Shown: piece after piece, positions 1 through 9,177 of the stretch
How positions within the stretch are numbered: the first letter of the stretch is position 1
Layout of the letters: every line of letters starts with the position of its first letter
NCBI GenBank assembly: GCA_040390045.1
Contig: JAZJZC010000001.1
Span: 254,318 to 318,317 of the forward strand
From: Patescibacteria group bacterium
Lineage (GTDB): Bacteria > Patescibacteriota > Minisyncoccia > Phycocordibacterales > SIBU01
Direction: 5' to 3'
DNA: 64,000 bases
The notes under the pieces: model-generated
Told to the model about the DNA's origin: nothing
Databases searched by the model: none
What the model saw: the letters and a program-made list of their open reading frames with translations, nothing else
Made by a program: the position numbers and the translations under genes

Positions 1-1
1 T

Positions 2-54
2 AATTTGGTGAAGTTTGCGTATTAGCAAACCAAGCCAATTTTCACTACGGGATG
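2..54 (+). promoter_or_regulatory. conserved ~53-nt 5' leader motif (copy 1) ending at the fcl start codon
   Basis: AATTTGGTGAAGTTTGCGTATTAGCAAACCAAGCCAATTTTCACTACGGGATG is nearly identical to 6879..6931. Confidence 0.6.
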
Positions 55-981
55 GAAAAAAATTCCAAAATTTATGTTGCTGGACACCGAGGACTGGCGG
101 GGTCGGCAATAGTTCGCAAACTGATTGCTGAAGGCTTTACGAACCTCGTGCTCAAAACGCGATCTGAACTCGACCTTCTCGATCAAAAAGCTGTCGCTCA
201 ATTTTTCGAAAAGGAAAAACCGGAATTTGTTTTTTTGGCAGCCGCGAAAGTCGGCGGCATCATGGCGAATAACACCCACCCCGCAGAATTTATTTATGAA
301 AATTTGGTGGTTCAAACAAATGTCTTGCACGCGGCTCAAAAAAACAACGTGCAAAAATTAGTATTCCTTGGAAGTTCCTGCATCTACCCGCGTCTCGCTC
401 CGCAACCAATCAAAGAAGAATATTTTTTGTCAGGACCTCTGGAGCCAACAAATGAAGCCTACGCCGTGGCGAAAATTGCCGGCATCGTGACTTGCCAAGC
501 CTACCGAACAGAATATGGCTCAAATTTTATTTCAATTATGCCAACCAACCTGTACGGACCAAATGACAATTTCGATCTAGAAAATTCTCATGTCTTGCAA
601 GGATTGATTCGCCGATTCCATGAAGCCAAAGAAAGCGGGGCGCAGACAATTACCCTGTGGGGGACGGGCACCGCGCGACGAGAACTCCTTCAAGTTGATG
701 ATTTTGCCACCGCCGCACTGTTCCTCATGCAAAATTACAACAGCGGAGAGATTATCAACGTAGGCACGGGTACTGACATTTCCATAAAAGAACTTGCTGA
801 AAGCGTGAAAAAAATTGTTGGATTTTCTGGTGAAATTTTGTGGGACACAACGAAACCCGACGGTATGCCAAGAAAACTTCTCGATGTTTCTAAAATTCAC
901 AAACTCGGCTGGAAACATTCCGTTGCCCTCGAGGACGGCATCCATGACACATACGAATGGTATGTCAAAAACGTAAAGTAA
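52..981 (+). CDS. fcl: GDP-L-fucose synthase (GDP-4-keto-6-deoxy-D-mannose 3,5-epimerase/4-reductase)
   Basis: 309 aa; N-terminal KIYVAGHRGLAGSAI Rossmann motif, SSCIYP and YAVAKIAG catalytic region typical of Fcl/WcaG; ATG at 52. Confidence 0.85.
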   Translation: MEKNSKIYVAGHRGLAGSAIVRKLIAEGFTNLVLKTRSELDLLDQKAVAQFFEKEKPEFVFLAAAKVGGIMANNTHPAEFIYENLVVQTNVLHAAQKNNVQKLVFLGSSCIYPRLAPQPIKEEYFLSGPLEPTNEAYAVAKIAGIVTCQAYRTEYGSNFISIMPTNLYGPNDNFDLENSHVLQGLIRRFHEAKESGAQTITLWGTGTARRELLQVDDFATAALFLMQNYNSGEIINVGTGTDISIKELAESVKKIVGFSGEILWDTTKPDGMPRKLLDVSKIHKLGWKHSVALEDGIHDTYEWYVKNVK

Positions 982-997
982 AAAATGAAAAACTAAA

Positions 998-1816
998 ATG
1001 AAGACGTTAATTATTAAACCAAAAAAAACTTTCAGCCTTGAGGACATCAGGGAAGTTTGGCGTTACAAAGAGCTGCTGGTTTTTTTCGTTTGGCGCGATA
1101 TCAAAGTTCGCTACAAACAAACCATTGTCGGCATCGGCTGGGCAATTTTCCAACCGTTTATGACCATGGTTGTGTTTAGCGTTTTCTTCGGCAAACTGAT
1201 TCAAGTGCCTTCGGACGGCATTCCCTATCCAATTTTCGTCTACACTGGACTTTTATTTTGGCAACTATTTGCATCTGCGTTAGGCGATACTTCCAACTCA
1301 CTTATTTCCAACTCAGCCATCATCACCAAAGTATATTTTCCTCGAATAATTTTACCCCTCGCTGATACTGCCAACAAATTCGTGGATTTTTTCTTTGCCA
1401 GTTTGGCTCTCATTTTCTTAATGTTCCACTATGGATATATTCCAGATCTCGCTGGAATTCTTTTGATCCCCGTACTGCTTATAATTACTTCTGCTACGGC
1501 AGTAGGTGCAGGACTGGTGCTCGCGTCAATCAACGTGAAATACCGAGACGTCAGATATATTCTGCCATTTTTTATGCAACTGTTGCTTTTTCTCACACCC
1601 GTTATTTACCCTTCAAGTATCGCTGGAAAATATAGTTGGATCCTTTCGCTCAACCCAATGACAGGCGTGATCAAAGCGGCACGAGCAGGTATTCTCGGCA
1701 CAGGGCCTATTGGGTGGAATTCCCTGGCAATTTCAGCCTTCATGGCAGTGGTATTTTTAAGTATTGGAATTTATTTATTCAAAAAAACTGAACGATATTT
1801 TGCCGATATTGTATAA
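998..1816 (+). CDS. wzm: ABC-2 type polysaccharide/O-antigen export permease (Wzm/TagG-like)
   Basis: 272 aa, about 6 TM segments, typical N-terminal region of ABC-2 permeases; directly upstream of an ABC ATPase. Confidence 0.75.
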   Translation: MKTLIIKPKKTFSLEDIREVWRYKELLVFFVWRDIKVRYKQTIVGIGWAIFQPFMTMVVFSVFFGKLIQVPSDGIPYPIFVYTGLLFWQLFASALGDTSNSLISNSAIITKVYFPRIILPLADTANKFVDFFFASLALIFLMFHYGYIPDLAGILLIPVLLIITSATAVGAGLVLASINVKYRDVRYILPFFMQLLLFLTPVIYPSSIAGKYSWILSLNPMTGVIKAARAGILGTGPIGWNSLAISAFMAVVFLSIGIYLFKKTERYFADIV

Positions 1817-1820
1817 ATGT

Positions 1821-3086
1821 ATGGACCCTATAATTACTATAAAAAATATTGGTAAGCGCTATAACATCACCGGAAGAAAAGGTGGGTATGTTGCCCTGCG
1901 AGATATTTTCTCTGAGTATGTGCGACATCCGTATAGGAGTTTGAAGCACATCGTGAAATACATTCTCGGAAAAAATCGCAATGAAGTTTTTTGGGCACTG
2001 AGAGACATTAATTTCACCGTCGAAAAAGGCGAAGCCATCGGAATCATTGGACCAAACGGCGCCGGCAAATCAACCTTGCTCAAAATTCTCTCGAGAATTA
2101 CTCCGCCAACAGAGGGTGAGATTCGCATTCAAGGTAGAGTCGCATCGCTTCTCGAGGTAGGAACAGGCTTTCATCCGGAACTTTCTGGCCGCGAAAATAT
2201 TTATCTCAACGGCGCCATTTTAGGCATGACTCGAAAAGAAATTGCTGGAAAAATAGATCAGATCATCGAATTTTCCGGAGTGTCACAATTCATTGATACT
2301 CCGGTTAAACGCTATTCATCCGGAATGTACGTTAGGCTAGCCTTCGCCATCGCGGCCCATATTGAACCTGACATTTTAATCGTTGACGAAGTGCTTGCCG
2401 TCGGCGACGCTGAATTCCAAAGGAAATGTCTCGGCAAAATGGATGAAGTGACTCGCGTTGGGCATCGAACAGTAATTTTTGTCAGTCACAATATGGATGC
2501 TATTAGTAGACTCTGTACCAAAACCATCCTTCTCGATAAAGGAAAAATAATTGCCGCCGGAGACACCGATGAAGTCATCGGAAAATATTTGAGCGCCGGA
2601 TACAATTCTGCCACACACCTGCCATTCCCTATTAAAGATCGAGAAGTAAATTTGCATAGCTATTCAGTACAGCAGGATGGAAACGAAACCCTAACCATTG
2701 CGGGCGAGAAACCTTTCAAAGTGCACGTGGATTTTTCAATTGAAAAAATGCTGCGTTCGTTCAGAGCGGGAATCTTCGTAAAAAATATTATGGGCACCGT
2801 CATTACGAGAACTTTTGTGCAAGACTACGCCCGTGAGTTAGAAGAAATCGCTCCGGGAAGATACCGCGCGGCAATTGAAATCCCTCCGGGACTTTTGATG
2901 ACAGGCGAATACCACCTTGAGCTTAAAATTTTCTGCCTTGGTATCACCAATTTCTTTGAAGACGAACACATTGAAAAAAATATCACGGTGTATTCACCAA
3001 AAAATTATAACGAGGTTCGCTCAAAAAATACCGACCTCCGAGGTTACTTTTTAATACCAAGTAAGTGGGAAACAAAAAAGGAGTAA
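1821..3086 (+). CDS. wzt: ABC transporter ATP-binding protein, Wzt/TagH-like, with C-terminal carbohydrate-binding-type extension
   Basis: Walker A GPNGAGKST, signature YSSGMYVRLAFA, Walker B ILIVDE; about 170 aa C-terminal extension; start taken at ATG 1821 (MDPIITIKNIGKRY). Confidence 0.75.
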   Translation: MDPIITIKNIGKRYNITGRKGGYVALRDIFSEYVRHPYRSLKHIVKYILGKNRNEVFWALRDINFTVEKGEAIGIIGPNGAGKSTLLKILSRITPPTEGEIRIQGRVASLLEVGTGFHPELSGRENIYLNGAILGMTRKEIAGKIDQIIEFSGVSQFIDTPVKRYSSGMYVRLAFAIAAHIEPDILIVDEVLAVGDAEFQRKCLGKMDEVTRVGHRTVIFVSHNMDAISRLCTKTILLDKGKIIAAGDTDEVIGKYLSAGYNSATHLPFPIKDREVNLHSYSVQQDGNETLTIAGEKPFKVHVDFSIEKMLRSFRAGIFVKNIMGTVITRTFVQDYARELEEIAPGRYRAAIEIPPGLLMTGEYHLELKIFCLGITNFFEDEHIEKNITVYSPKNYNEVRSKNTDLRGYFLIPSKWETKKE

Positions 3087-3093
3087 CCTCGTC

Positions 3094-4200
3094 ATGACGA
3101 ACGATTCAAAAAAATTAATCCGAGTGAAGGTCTCAACTTCAAGTCCTGCCGTGCCTCACATTAAAACGACACCGGGCTCCAAAGGAGTTGTTGGAAATTT
3201 CCAATTTTTCATCGATCAGGATGTGAAAGACGTCGATTGGTGGGTGGTGGTGGACGGATTTCCACAAAAAGAAACTGCTTCGTGTCCAAGAGAAAATACC
3301 ATTCTCATCACTCAGGAAACCGAAGTGGTCAAAACCTACAGCCAAAAATACATTGATCAATTCCATTGGATAATTACTAGCCAGCAAACTCTCAAACACC
3401 CGAGGCAAATTTTCACCCAACAAGGCCATCAATCCTATCTGTTTCTGAGGCGGCGAGAAGCGGGGCAAAGCCTCGAAAGTTTTCAAGCACAATTTAAAAC
3501 CTACGACGAGCTCCGCGCTCAAACGCCCGCTGACATTCCAAAATCCAAATTGCTCTCAACGGTTATTTCTCAAAAATTACGCACAGAAGGTGCTCAAGCG
3601 CGACACCATTTTGTGATGGAATTACGGAAACACTTCGGTGATCGGTTTGATATTTTCAGTAATAAACTCGCAGACAACAGTCAAAATGTTTTTGGTCCGG
3701 AAGCCAAAACCACGCCCTACAAATGGGATGCGGTTGCGCCATATAAATATTTGCTTTCGATTGAAAACAGTTACGCTCCGAACTGGTGGACCAATCACCT
3801 CTTCGACGGCTTCATCGCTGGCGCCTACCCTATTTTTTACGGCCATCCATCTGTGTTTAATTATTTCCCAAAAAATTCTCTCACCTTAATCGACATCAAT
3901 GATCTTCCCGGATCAATCGCCACCATCGAAAGGGTTTTCTCAGAAAACTATTTTGAGAAATACCAAAAAGAAATTTGGGAGGCACGAAGACTTGTCTTGG
4001 ATAAATATTATCTGTTCGGCATGTTGGCTGAAGAAATAGCAAAACTTCCCGCTGGAAAAAATCCAACACGCATTACTCTTTTCCCCGAGCAGAAACCGTG
4101 GCTGAAGAAAAAAATTGTTGAAACATTGCGCGGAAAAGGAGTGTTATATACCATACCAAGGAAGTTATATAGAATGTATCGAAAAATCCGTTATGATTAA
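3094..4200 (+). CDS. putative fucosyltransferase (GT10-like C-terminal domain)
   Basis: C-terminal KYLLSIENSYAPNWWTNHLFDGFIAGAYPIFYGHPSVFNYFPKNS resembles the GT10 alpha-1,3/4-fucosyltransferase motif (K-F/Y-x-L-S-x-E-N-S ... IPIYWG-x-P); AAAAGGAG RBS before the ATG. Confidence 0.5.
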   Translation: MTNDSKKLIRVKVSTSSPAVPHIKTTPGSKGVVGNFQFFIDQDVKDVDWWVVVDGFPQKETASCPRENTILITQETEVVKTYSQKYIDQFHWIITSQQTLKHPRQIFTQQGHQSYLFLRRREAGQSLESFQAQFKTYDELRAQTPADIPKSKLLSTVISQKLRTEGAQARHHFVMELRKHFGDRFDIFSNKLADNSQNVFGPEAKTTPYKWDAVAPYKYLLSIENSYAPNWWTNHLFDGFIAGAYPIFYGHPSVFNYFPKNSLTLIDINDLPGSIATIERVFSENYFEKYQKEIWEARRLVLDKYYLFGMLAEEIAKLPAGKNPTRITLFPEQKPWLKKKIVETLRGKGVLYTIPRKLYRMYRKIRYD

Positions 4201-4876
4201 AAATAAAAAAATTGTGGCGCTCATACCTTTGCGCGGAGGGTCAAAATCAATCCCGTACAAAAATATAAAAAACTTAGGAGGAAAACCTCTGGCTTTTTGG
4301 GTATGCCAAGCGGCTTTAGAATCAAAATACATTGATGCGGTGTATGTTTCGACTGAGGATGAAAAAATTAAAAAAACTATTGAAAATCTCAAACTTCCTA
4401 TAAAAATTATAGACCGACCGGAAAACCTAGCGACCGATGTTGCAACTGACGAAGCGGTCCTATTGCATGCGATACAGGAAATTAAATGTGACATCTTGAT
4501 TGACCTCCACGCCACTCACCCTTTGACTGACGCATCACATTTGGATTCCGCTCTGGAAAAGTTTGTTAAAGGGGGTTATGATTCGATGCTTACAGGAGTG
4601 CTATTTAAAAACTTCTACTGGACACGAGAAGGTGTGCCGCTCAATTACAATCCCTTGAAAAGACCGATGCGACAACAGTGGGAAGGCACGGTGACCGAAA
4701 ATGGCGCGTTTTACATCACAACTCCAGACACGCTCCGAACGCACGGAAATTTTTTAGGAGGAAAAATAGGCATTTATGAAATGCCGAAGGACATCTACGT
4801 TGATATCGATGAACCGTCGGACTGGGAAAAGGCGGAAAAAATGTTCGCTTTAAAAAAGGTGACCAAAAACGATTAA
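4193..4876 (+). CDS. neuA: acylneuraminate cytidylyltransferase family protein (CMP-nonulosonic acid synthetase)
   Basis: N-terminal KIVALIPLRGGSKSIPYKNIK motif of CMP-NeuAc/CMP-KDO-type cytidylyltransferases; start at ATG 4193 overlapping upstream stop. Confidence 0.7.
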   Translation: MIKNKKIVALIPLRGGSKSIPYKNIKNLGGKPLAFWVCQAALESKYIDAVYVSTEDEKIKKTIENLKLPIKIIDRPENLATDVATDEAVLLHAIQEIKCDILIDLHATHPLTDASHLDSALEKFVKGGYDSMLTGVLFKNFYWTREGVPLNYNPLKRPMRQQWEGTVTENGAFYITTPDTLRTHGNFLGGKIGIYEMPKDIYVDIDEPSDWEKAEKMFALKKVTKND

Positions 4877-4894
4877 AAAATTAGCGCACAAAGC

Positions 4895-6790
4895 ATGAAA
4901 AATAAAACCATAAAAATAGGCGATCGAATAATTGGGGAGAACCAGCCAGCCTTTATTATTGCCGAAGCTGGCATCAACCACAACGGCCATATTGAATTGG
5001 CAAAAAAATTGATTGATCTTGCGGTTACCGCCAGGGCTGACGCCGTAAAATTTCAGATGCGGGATTTTAAAACTCTCTACACCGATAATGCCTGGAACAA
5101 CACGAAACATGAAGATATTGCTTCGCAGTATGTTTTATCGCTCATTCGTGAATCGGAACTCTCTTTTGATAATTTTAAAGAACTTTCTCGATACGCCAAA
5201 TCAAAAGGAATTATATTTCTCTGTACGCCGTTTGACGTCGCGAGCGTTGATGCTTTGGAAAAATTGGGCGTACCTGCGTATAAGGTTTCGAGTGGTGACA
5301 TGGTGAATTTTGAATTACTTGAATATATCGCCAGCAAAAACAAACCGATGCTTCTTTCGACCGGTATGTCCACCTTCGACGAAATAGAAAAAACCGTCAA
5401 ACACTTGGATACTCTTGGCGCCGAATATATTTTGCTTCATTGCAACAGCACCTACCCAACCCCCGGAAAGGATATTAACCTTCGATTTATTCAGATTCTT
5501 AAAGAAAAGTTTGGCGGCATTGTCGGCTATTCCGGACATGAATTGGGAATTGCGGTAAGCACTGCGAGCGTCGCCCTAGGTGCCAAAGTAATCGAGCGCC
5601 ATATTACTCTTGATCACACCATGAAGGGGCCCGACCACGCAGTCAGTCTTGAACCAGCCGGCATCGTCAAACAAGTTCGAGATATTCGCTATCTCGAGTT
5701 GGCCTTACAAGGTGATAAAAAATTCATCACTTCAGGAGAATTCATGAATCGTAAAATTATGGGCAAAAGCCTGGTGGCTAAAGCCGCCATTAAGAAGGGC
5801 GATACGATTACCCGTCAAATGGTAATCGCCAAAAGTCCCGCCAAAGGTCTTTCTCCACAAAAATTGTACGAACTTGTTGGCACCAAAGCCCTTCGGGATA
5901 TTCCGAAGGAAGGTTACTTTACTGAAGAGGATTTAGGCAAAAAAAAGATTGATAGAACTTTTTCCTCAAACAGAAAGTGGGGGCTCATTGTCCGCCCACA
6001 TGACTTTGAAGAGATGATCGAGGGTCTTAAGCCTTCATTTGTAGAGTTCCATTTCAGTTCACATGACTTAAAAAATCCGATTGTCCTCAAAGATCATCCC
6101 GAACTAGAACTGATTGTTCATGCGCCTGAACTCTGGGGAGATGAGCTGCTTGATTTTTCTTCAACTGATCCTGCCACCATTAAACATTCAATTAAATACA
6201 TCAATGACCTCTTGAACACTGTCCGTTCAATGCGTAAACATTTTGGGAAAACTCCTCCAAAAGTAAAAGTGGTGCTTCACCCGGGTGGCATGAGTTTCGA
6301 TCAATTTGTTACAAAAAGTGAGCGCGCAAAAATGTACACCAAGCTCGGTAATGCTTTGAAAAAAATTGATCAAACCGGCATCGAGCTTCTCTTGGAAAAT
6401 CAAGCTCCCCTGCCATGGTATAAAGGCGGATCGTGGTTTTCCAACACCTTCATTGACGCCGATGAAATATTTGAGTTTGCGAAAAAACACGGCTTCAGTC
6501 TCTGTTATGATAGTAGCCATGCGCAGTTGTACTGCTCATTAGCCAAAAAAGATCCGATTGAATACTTCAAAACTCTGAAACCCTTGGTTAAACACGTTCA
6601 CCTCTCTGACGGCATCGGTACTGACGGTGAGGGCATTCAAGTAGAAGAAGGTGATGTGCCGTGGAAATTACTCATGCCGGAAATCCTAAAAACGGATACA
6701 ACAATCGCCCCAGAAATCTGGATGGGACACCGCAACAATGGCGAAGGGTTTATTACAGGACTCAAACGACTGAAAAAATATGGGTTATAA
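4895..6790 (+). CDS. neuB: N-acetylneuraminate synthase family (NeuB/PseI/LegI) fused to a C-terminal sugar-phosphate isomerase/epimerase-like (xylose isomerase-like TIM barrel) domain
   Basis: The N-terminal ~330 aa (FIIAEAGINHNG, then a SAF-like domain GKSLVAKAAIKKGDTI) match NeuB; the C-terminal ~300 aa (HAPELWGDELLDF..., HPGGMS..., LLLENQ..., YDSSHAQLY) look like an AP-endonuclease-2/xylose-isomerase-like TIM barrel. Confidence 0.65.
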   Translation: MKNKTIKIGDRIIGENQPAFIIAEAGINHNGHIELAKKLIDLAVTARADAVKFQMRDFKTLYTDNAWNNTKHEDIASQYVLSLIRESELSFDNFKELSRYAKSKGIIFLCTPFDVASVDALEKLGVPAYKVSSGDMVNFELLEYIASKNKPMLLSTGMSTFDEIEKTVKHLDTLGAEYILLHCNSTYPTPGKDINLRFIQILKEKFGGIVGYSGHELGIAVSTASVALGAKVIERHITLDHTMKGPDHAVSLEPAGIVKQVRDIRYLELALQGDKKFITSGEFMNRKIMGKSLVAKAAIKKGDTITRQMVIAKSPAKGLSPQKLYELVGTKALRDIPKEGYFTEEDLGKKKIDRTFSSNRKWGLIVRPHDFEEMIEGLKPSFVEFHFSSHDLKNPIVLKDHPELELIVHAPELWGDELLDFSSTDPATIKHSIKYINDLLNTVRSMRKHFGKTPPKVKVVLHPGGMSFDQFVTKSERAKMYTKLGNALKKIDQTGIELLLENQAPLPWYKGGSWFSNTFIDADEIFEFAKKHGFSLCYDSSHAQLYCSLAKKDPIEYFKTLKPLVKHVHLSDGIGTDGEGIQVEEGDVPWKLLMPEILKTDTTIAPEIWMGHRNNGEGFITGLKRLKKYGL

Positions 6791-6821
6791 TCCCGTAGTA
6801 GAAATTGGCTTCGCTGTTTGC
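6791..6821 (-). repeat. inverted copy of the leader motif directly after the neuB-fusion stop codon
   Basis: TCCCGTAGTAGAAATTGGCTTCGCTGTTTGC is the reverse complement of GCAAACAG(CGAA)GCCAATTT(C)TACTACGGGA; with copy 2 it forms a ~30-nt inverted repeat around a ~75-nt spacer. Confidence 0.6.
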
Positions 6822-6878
6822 TACAACAAACTTAAAGTATAATATGAGAGTTTCAATTACAAAACTTAGCTTAATCTA

Positions 6879-6931
6879 AATTTGGCGAAGTTCGCTTCAC
6901 AGCAAACAGAGCCAATTTTCACTACGGGATG
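6879..6931 (+). promoter_or_regulatory. conserved leader motif (copy 2) ending at the TylF-like methyltransferase start codon
   Basis: AATTTGGCGAAGTTCGCTTCACAGCAAACAGAGCCAATTTTCACTACGGGATG. Confidence 0.6.
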
Positions 6932-7594
6932 AAAATTTTAAACCAATTTAACAGCGATGACAGTTTTCTGTACGAAAACGGTTTTTATCTCACCGCCAAA
7001 CCAGACCGACTTGGAAAACTTTTGGCGCACTACGAGCTCTACAAAAAAATTGCTGATTTGCCCGGCGCTATCGTTGAGTGCGGCGTATTTAAAGGCGCAT
7101 CACTCATCCGCTTCGCCACATTTCGAAATTTGTTTGAAGCAGAACACTCGAGAAAAATCATCGGCTTTGACATGTTTGGAAAATTTCCAGAAACTAAATT
7201 TAACGAAGATAAAAAATACCGCAAAAAATTTATTGACACTGCAGGCGAAGAAGGAATTACAGAAACTGAGCTTACGCAAGTCTTTGAACTCAAGGATTTG
7301 AAAAATTATGAATTGCTAAAGGGAGATATTAACAAAACGGTTCCTGAATACATAAAAAATAATCCGCACTTGAAAATTGCCCTACTCCACATCGACACCG
7401 ACGTCTACGAACCCGCAGTGACCATCCTCCGTGAAATGTATGACCGCGTCGTCCGCGGCGGCATCATTGCCTTTGATGACTACGGCACCTTCCCTGGCGA
7501 GACCAAGGCCGTCGATGAATTCTTCAAAGACAAAAAAGTTTCGATTAAAAAATTACCTTTTTCTCACATTCCCTCTTTTATCGTAAAACCGTAA
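6929..7594 (+). CDS. TylF/MycF-family sugar O-methyltransferase
   Basis: HIDTDVYEPAVTILREMYDRVVRGGIIAFDDYG matches the macrocin O-methyltransferase family signature; GVFKGAS SAM motif. Confidence 0.7.
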   Translation: MKILNQFNSDDSFLYENGFYLTAKPDRLGKLLAHYELYKKIADLPGAIVECGVFKGASLIRFATFRNLFEAEHSRKIIGFDMFGKFPETKFNEDKKYRKKFIDTAGEEGITETELTQVFELKDLKNYELLKGDINKTVPEYIKNNPHLKIALLHIDTDVYEPAVTILREMYDRVVRGGIIAFDDYGTFPGETKAVDEFFKDKKVSIKKLPFSHIPSFIVKP

Positions 7595-8292
7595 TGAAAA
7601 GTGGAGCTGTAATAAAACGAGGTGGAACAGATACTGAGAGACTCTATCTTGAGAGCCTTGATTTTAAAATGCCAACCGGAGAAAACGTGCAGGTCACAAA
7701 AACAGCAAGTGATGTCCCCGGCTACAATATGAAAGAGCATATTGCGCGACATACGGGGCGATACGCGCTTTTAAATCTATATGGCAAACCAGGGAACACC
7801 GTACTCGATTTCCCTTGCGGAAGCGGCTATGCATCTAAAATTGCAAAAAATCTCGAGCTCAATTACGAAGGAAAAGAATTCGACCGGGTAACTGTCGAGT
7901 ATGCCCGGCGCCTCTACGGCGCAGAACACATTACTTTCAATGAAGGCGATTTTACAAAACCAAACCTTTCAGAAAAAAGCTTTGATATAATTGCGTGCAT
8001 AGAAGGACTCGAACACATGGAGCAAAAATACCAACTTCCTCTTATCCAATCTTTCTATAAAAGCTTAAAAAAGGATGGAGTACTCATTGTCAGTTCCCCG
8101 GAAAATCCAACCGGAAAATCCGGACCGAGCATAACCAACAAAGATCATATTTGGGAGTTGACTAGAATCGACTTTAGTAAACTCCTGTCTAAAGTTTTCG
8201 GAGAAAAGAATGTTGAACTTCTGAGCTACAAAGCCCGATTAAGTACTGGAGTAATCTCGACCTGCTTCTATGGCGTCTGCCATAAAAACTAA
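7594..8292 (+). CDS. class I SAM-dependent methyltransferase
   Basis: VLDFPCGSGY motif I; overlaps neighbouring genes (ATGA-type coupling at 7594). Confidence 0.55.
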   Translation: MKSGAVIKRGGTDTERLYLESLDFKMPTGENVQVTKTASDVPGYNMKEHIARHTGRYALLNLYGKPGNTVLDFPCGSGYASKIAKNLELNYEGKEFDRVTVEYARRLYGAEHITFNEGDFTKPNLSEKSFDIIACIEGLEHMEQKYQLPLIQSFYKSLKKDGVLIVSSPENPTGKSGPSITNKDHIWELTRIDFSKLLSKVFGEKNVELLSYKARLSTGVISTCFYGVCHKN

Positions 8293-9172
8293 TCCTTTTG
8301 CTACCATGAGAACCGTCTTAAAAAAAATCCCGATACTAGGAAACCTTTTAAAAAAAACTGGTGATATCCGCCGTGCCATAAAAGACTCCTTTAATTCCTA
8401 CAATTTTTACCGACGTTACAAAAAAATTCTTAGGGCGAACGAGGTCATGGCTGGAAGCGCAAGGAATAAACGCGTCTTCATACTAGCAACTGGCCCCTCA
8501 ATCAAATCACAAAATCTTTCGATACTGAAAGACGAAATCTGCATCAGTGTCAGTAATTTTTTTGTCCATCCGGATTTTAAAACCATCCTTCCTAAATATC
8601 ACGTATTTGCCCCATCACACGACCCAATTCCAGACTCTCAGATTGTCCTCTGGTTTGCTGACGCCGAAAAACATTTCCCTGAAGGCCAAGAAGTTTTTGT
8701 GGCACTTCACGACAAATTCTTGGTAGATGGAAATAATCTTTTTAAAAAACAAAAAGTTCGGTACTATCAGATTGATTACGCCCGCAAAGGAAAAATTGAA
8801 AAAATAGATTTCACCAAACGTATTCCAGCCATTCAAACCGTGGCCCATCTCGCTACCTACCTTGGTTTGTATTTAGAACCTCAGGAATTATATCTTTTAG
8901 GAGTTGATCACGATTGGATATTGCATATCGACAAAGGTAGACATTTTTATGAAGAAGAAAAAAGTGTACTTGTCCAAGGCATTCCCCAAAAATCCCCAGT
9001 TCAAAAAGATCTAGAAGATGAGTTCCGAAACTATCTCAATTTATGGCATCTATATAAAAATATTCGCGCCTACGCCGCTAGCCACGGAGTAAGCATTAAA
9101 AACGCCACTCCGGGCTCTTTACTCGACGTGTTCCCGCGAGTGAACTTGGAAACTCTTTTCGAGCGTAAATAA
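8270..9172 (+). CDS. DUF115 / MptE-like (Maf-like) protein, putative nonulosonic-acid transferase
   Basis: VFILATGPSIKS and LLGVDHDW motifs resemble the 6-hydroxymethylpterin diphosphokinase MptE-like/motility-accessory-factor family; start uncertain (8270 or 8306). Confidence 0.45.
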   Translation: MASAIKTNPFATMRTVLKKIPILGNLLKKTGDIRRAIKDSFNSYNFYRRYKKILRANEVMAGSARNKRVFILATGPSIKSQNLSILKDEICISVSNFFVHPDFKTILPKYHVFAPSHDPIPDSQIVLWFADAEKHFPEGQEVFVALHDKFLVDGNNLFKKQKVRYYQIDYARKGKIEKIDFTKRIPAIQTVAHLATYLGLYLEPQELYLLGVDHDWILHIDKGRHFYEEEKSVLVQGIPQKSPVQKDLEDEFRNYLNLWHLYKNIRAYAASHGVSIKNATPGSLLDVFPRVNLETLFERK

Positions 9173-9177
9173 TTTTT

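Noticed and set aside
22-1047. Antisense ORFs (22..354, 577..1047 minus strand) overlapping fcl
   Set aside because: They are shadow ORFs inside a confidently assigned gene, with no homology signal and atypical composition. The same applies to most small overlapping ORFs in the track (e.g. 3139..3522, 5077..5400, 9096..9431, 22211..22663 and 29463..29879, which overlap confidently assigned genes on the opposite strand).
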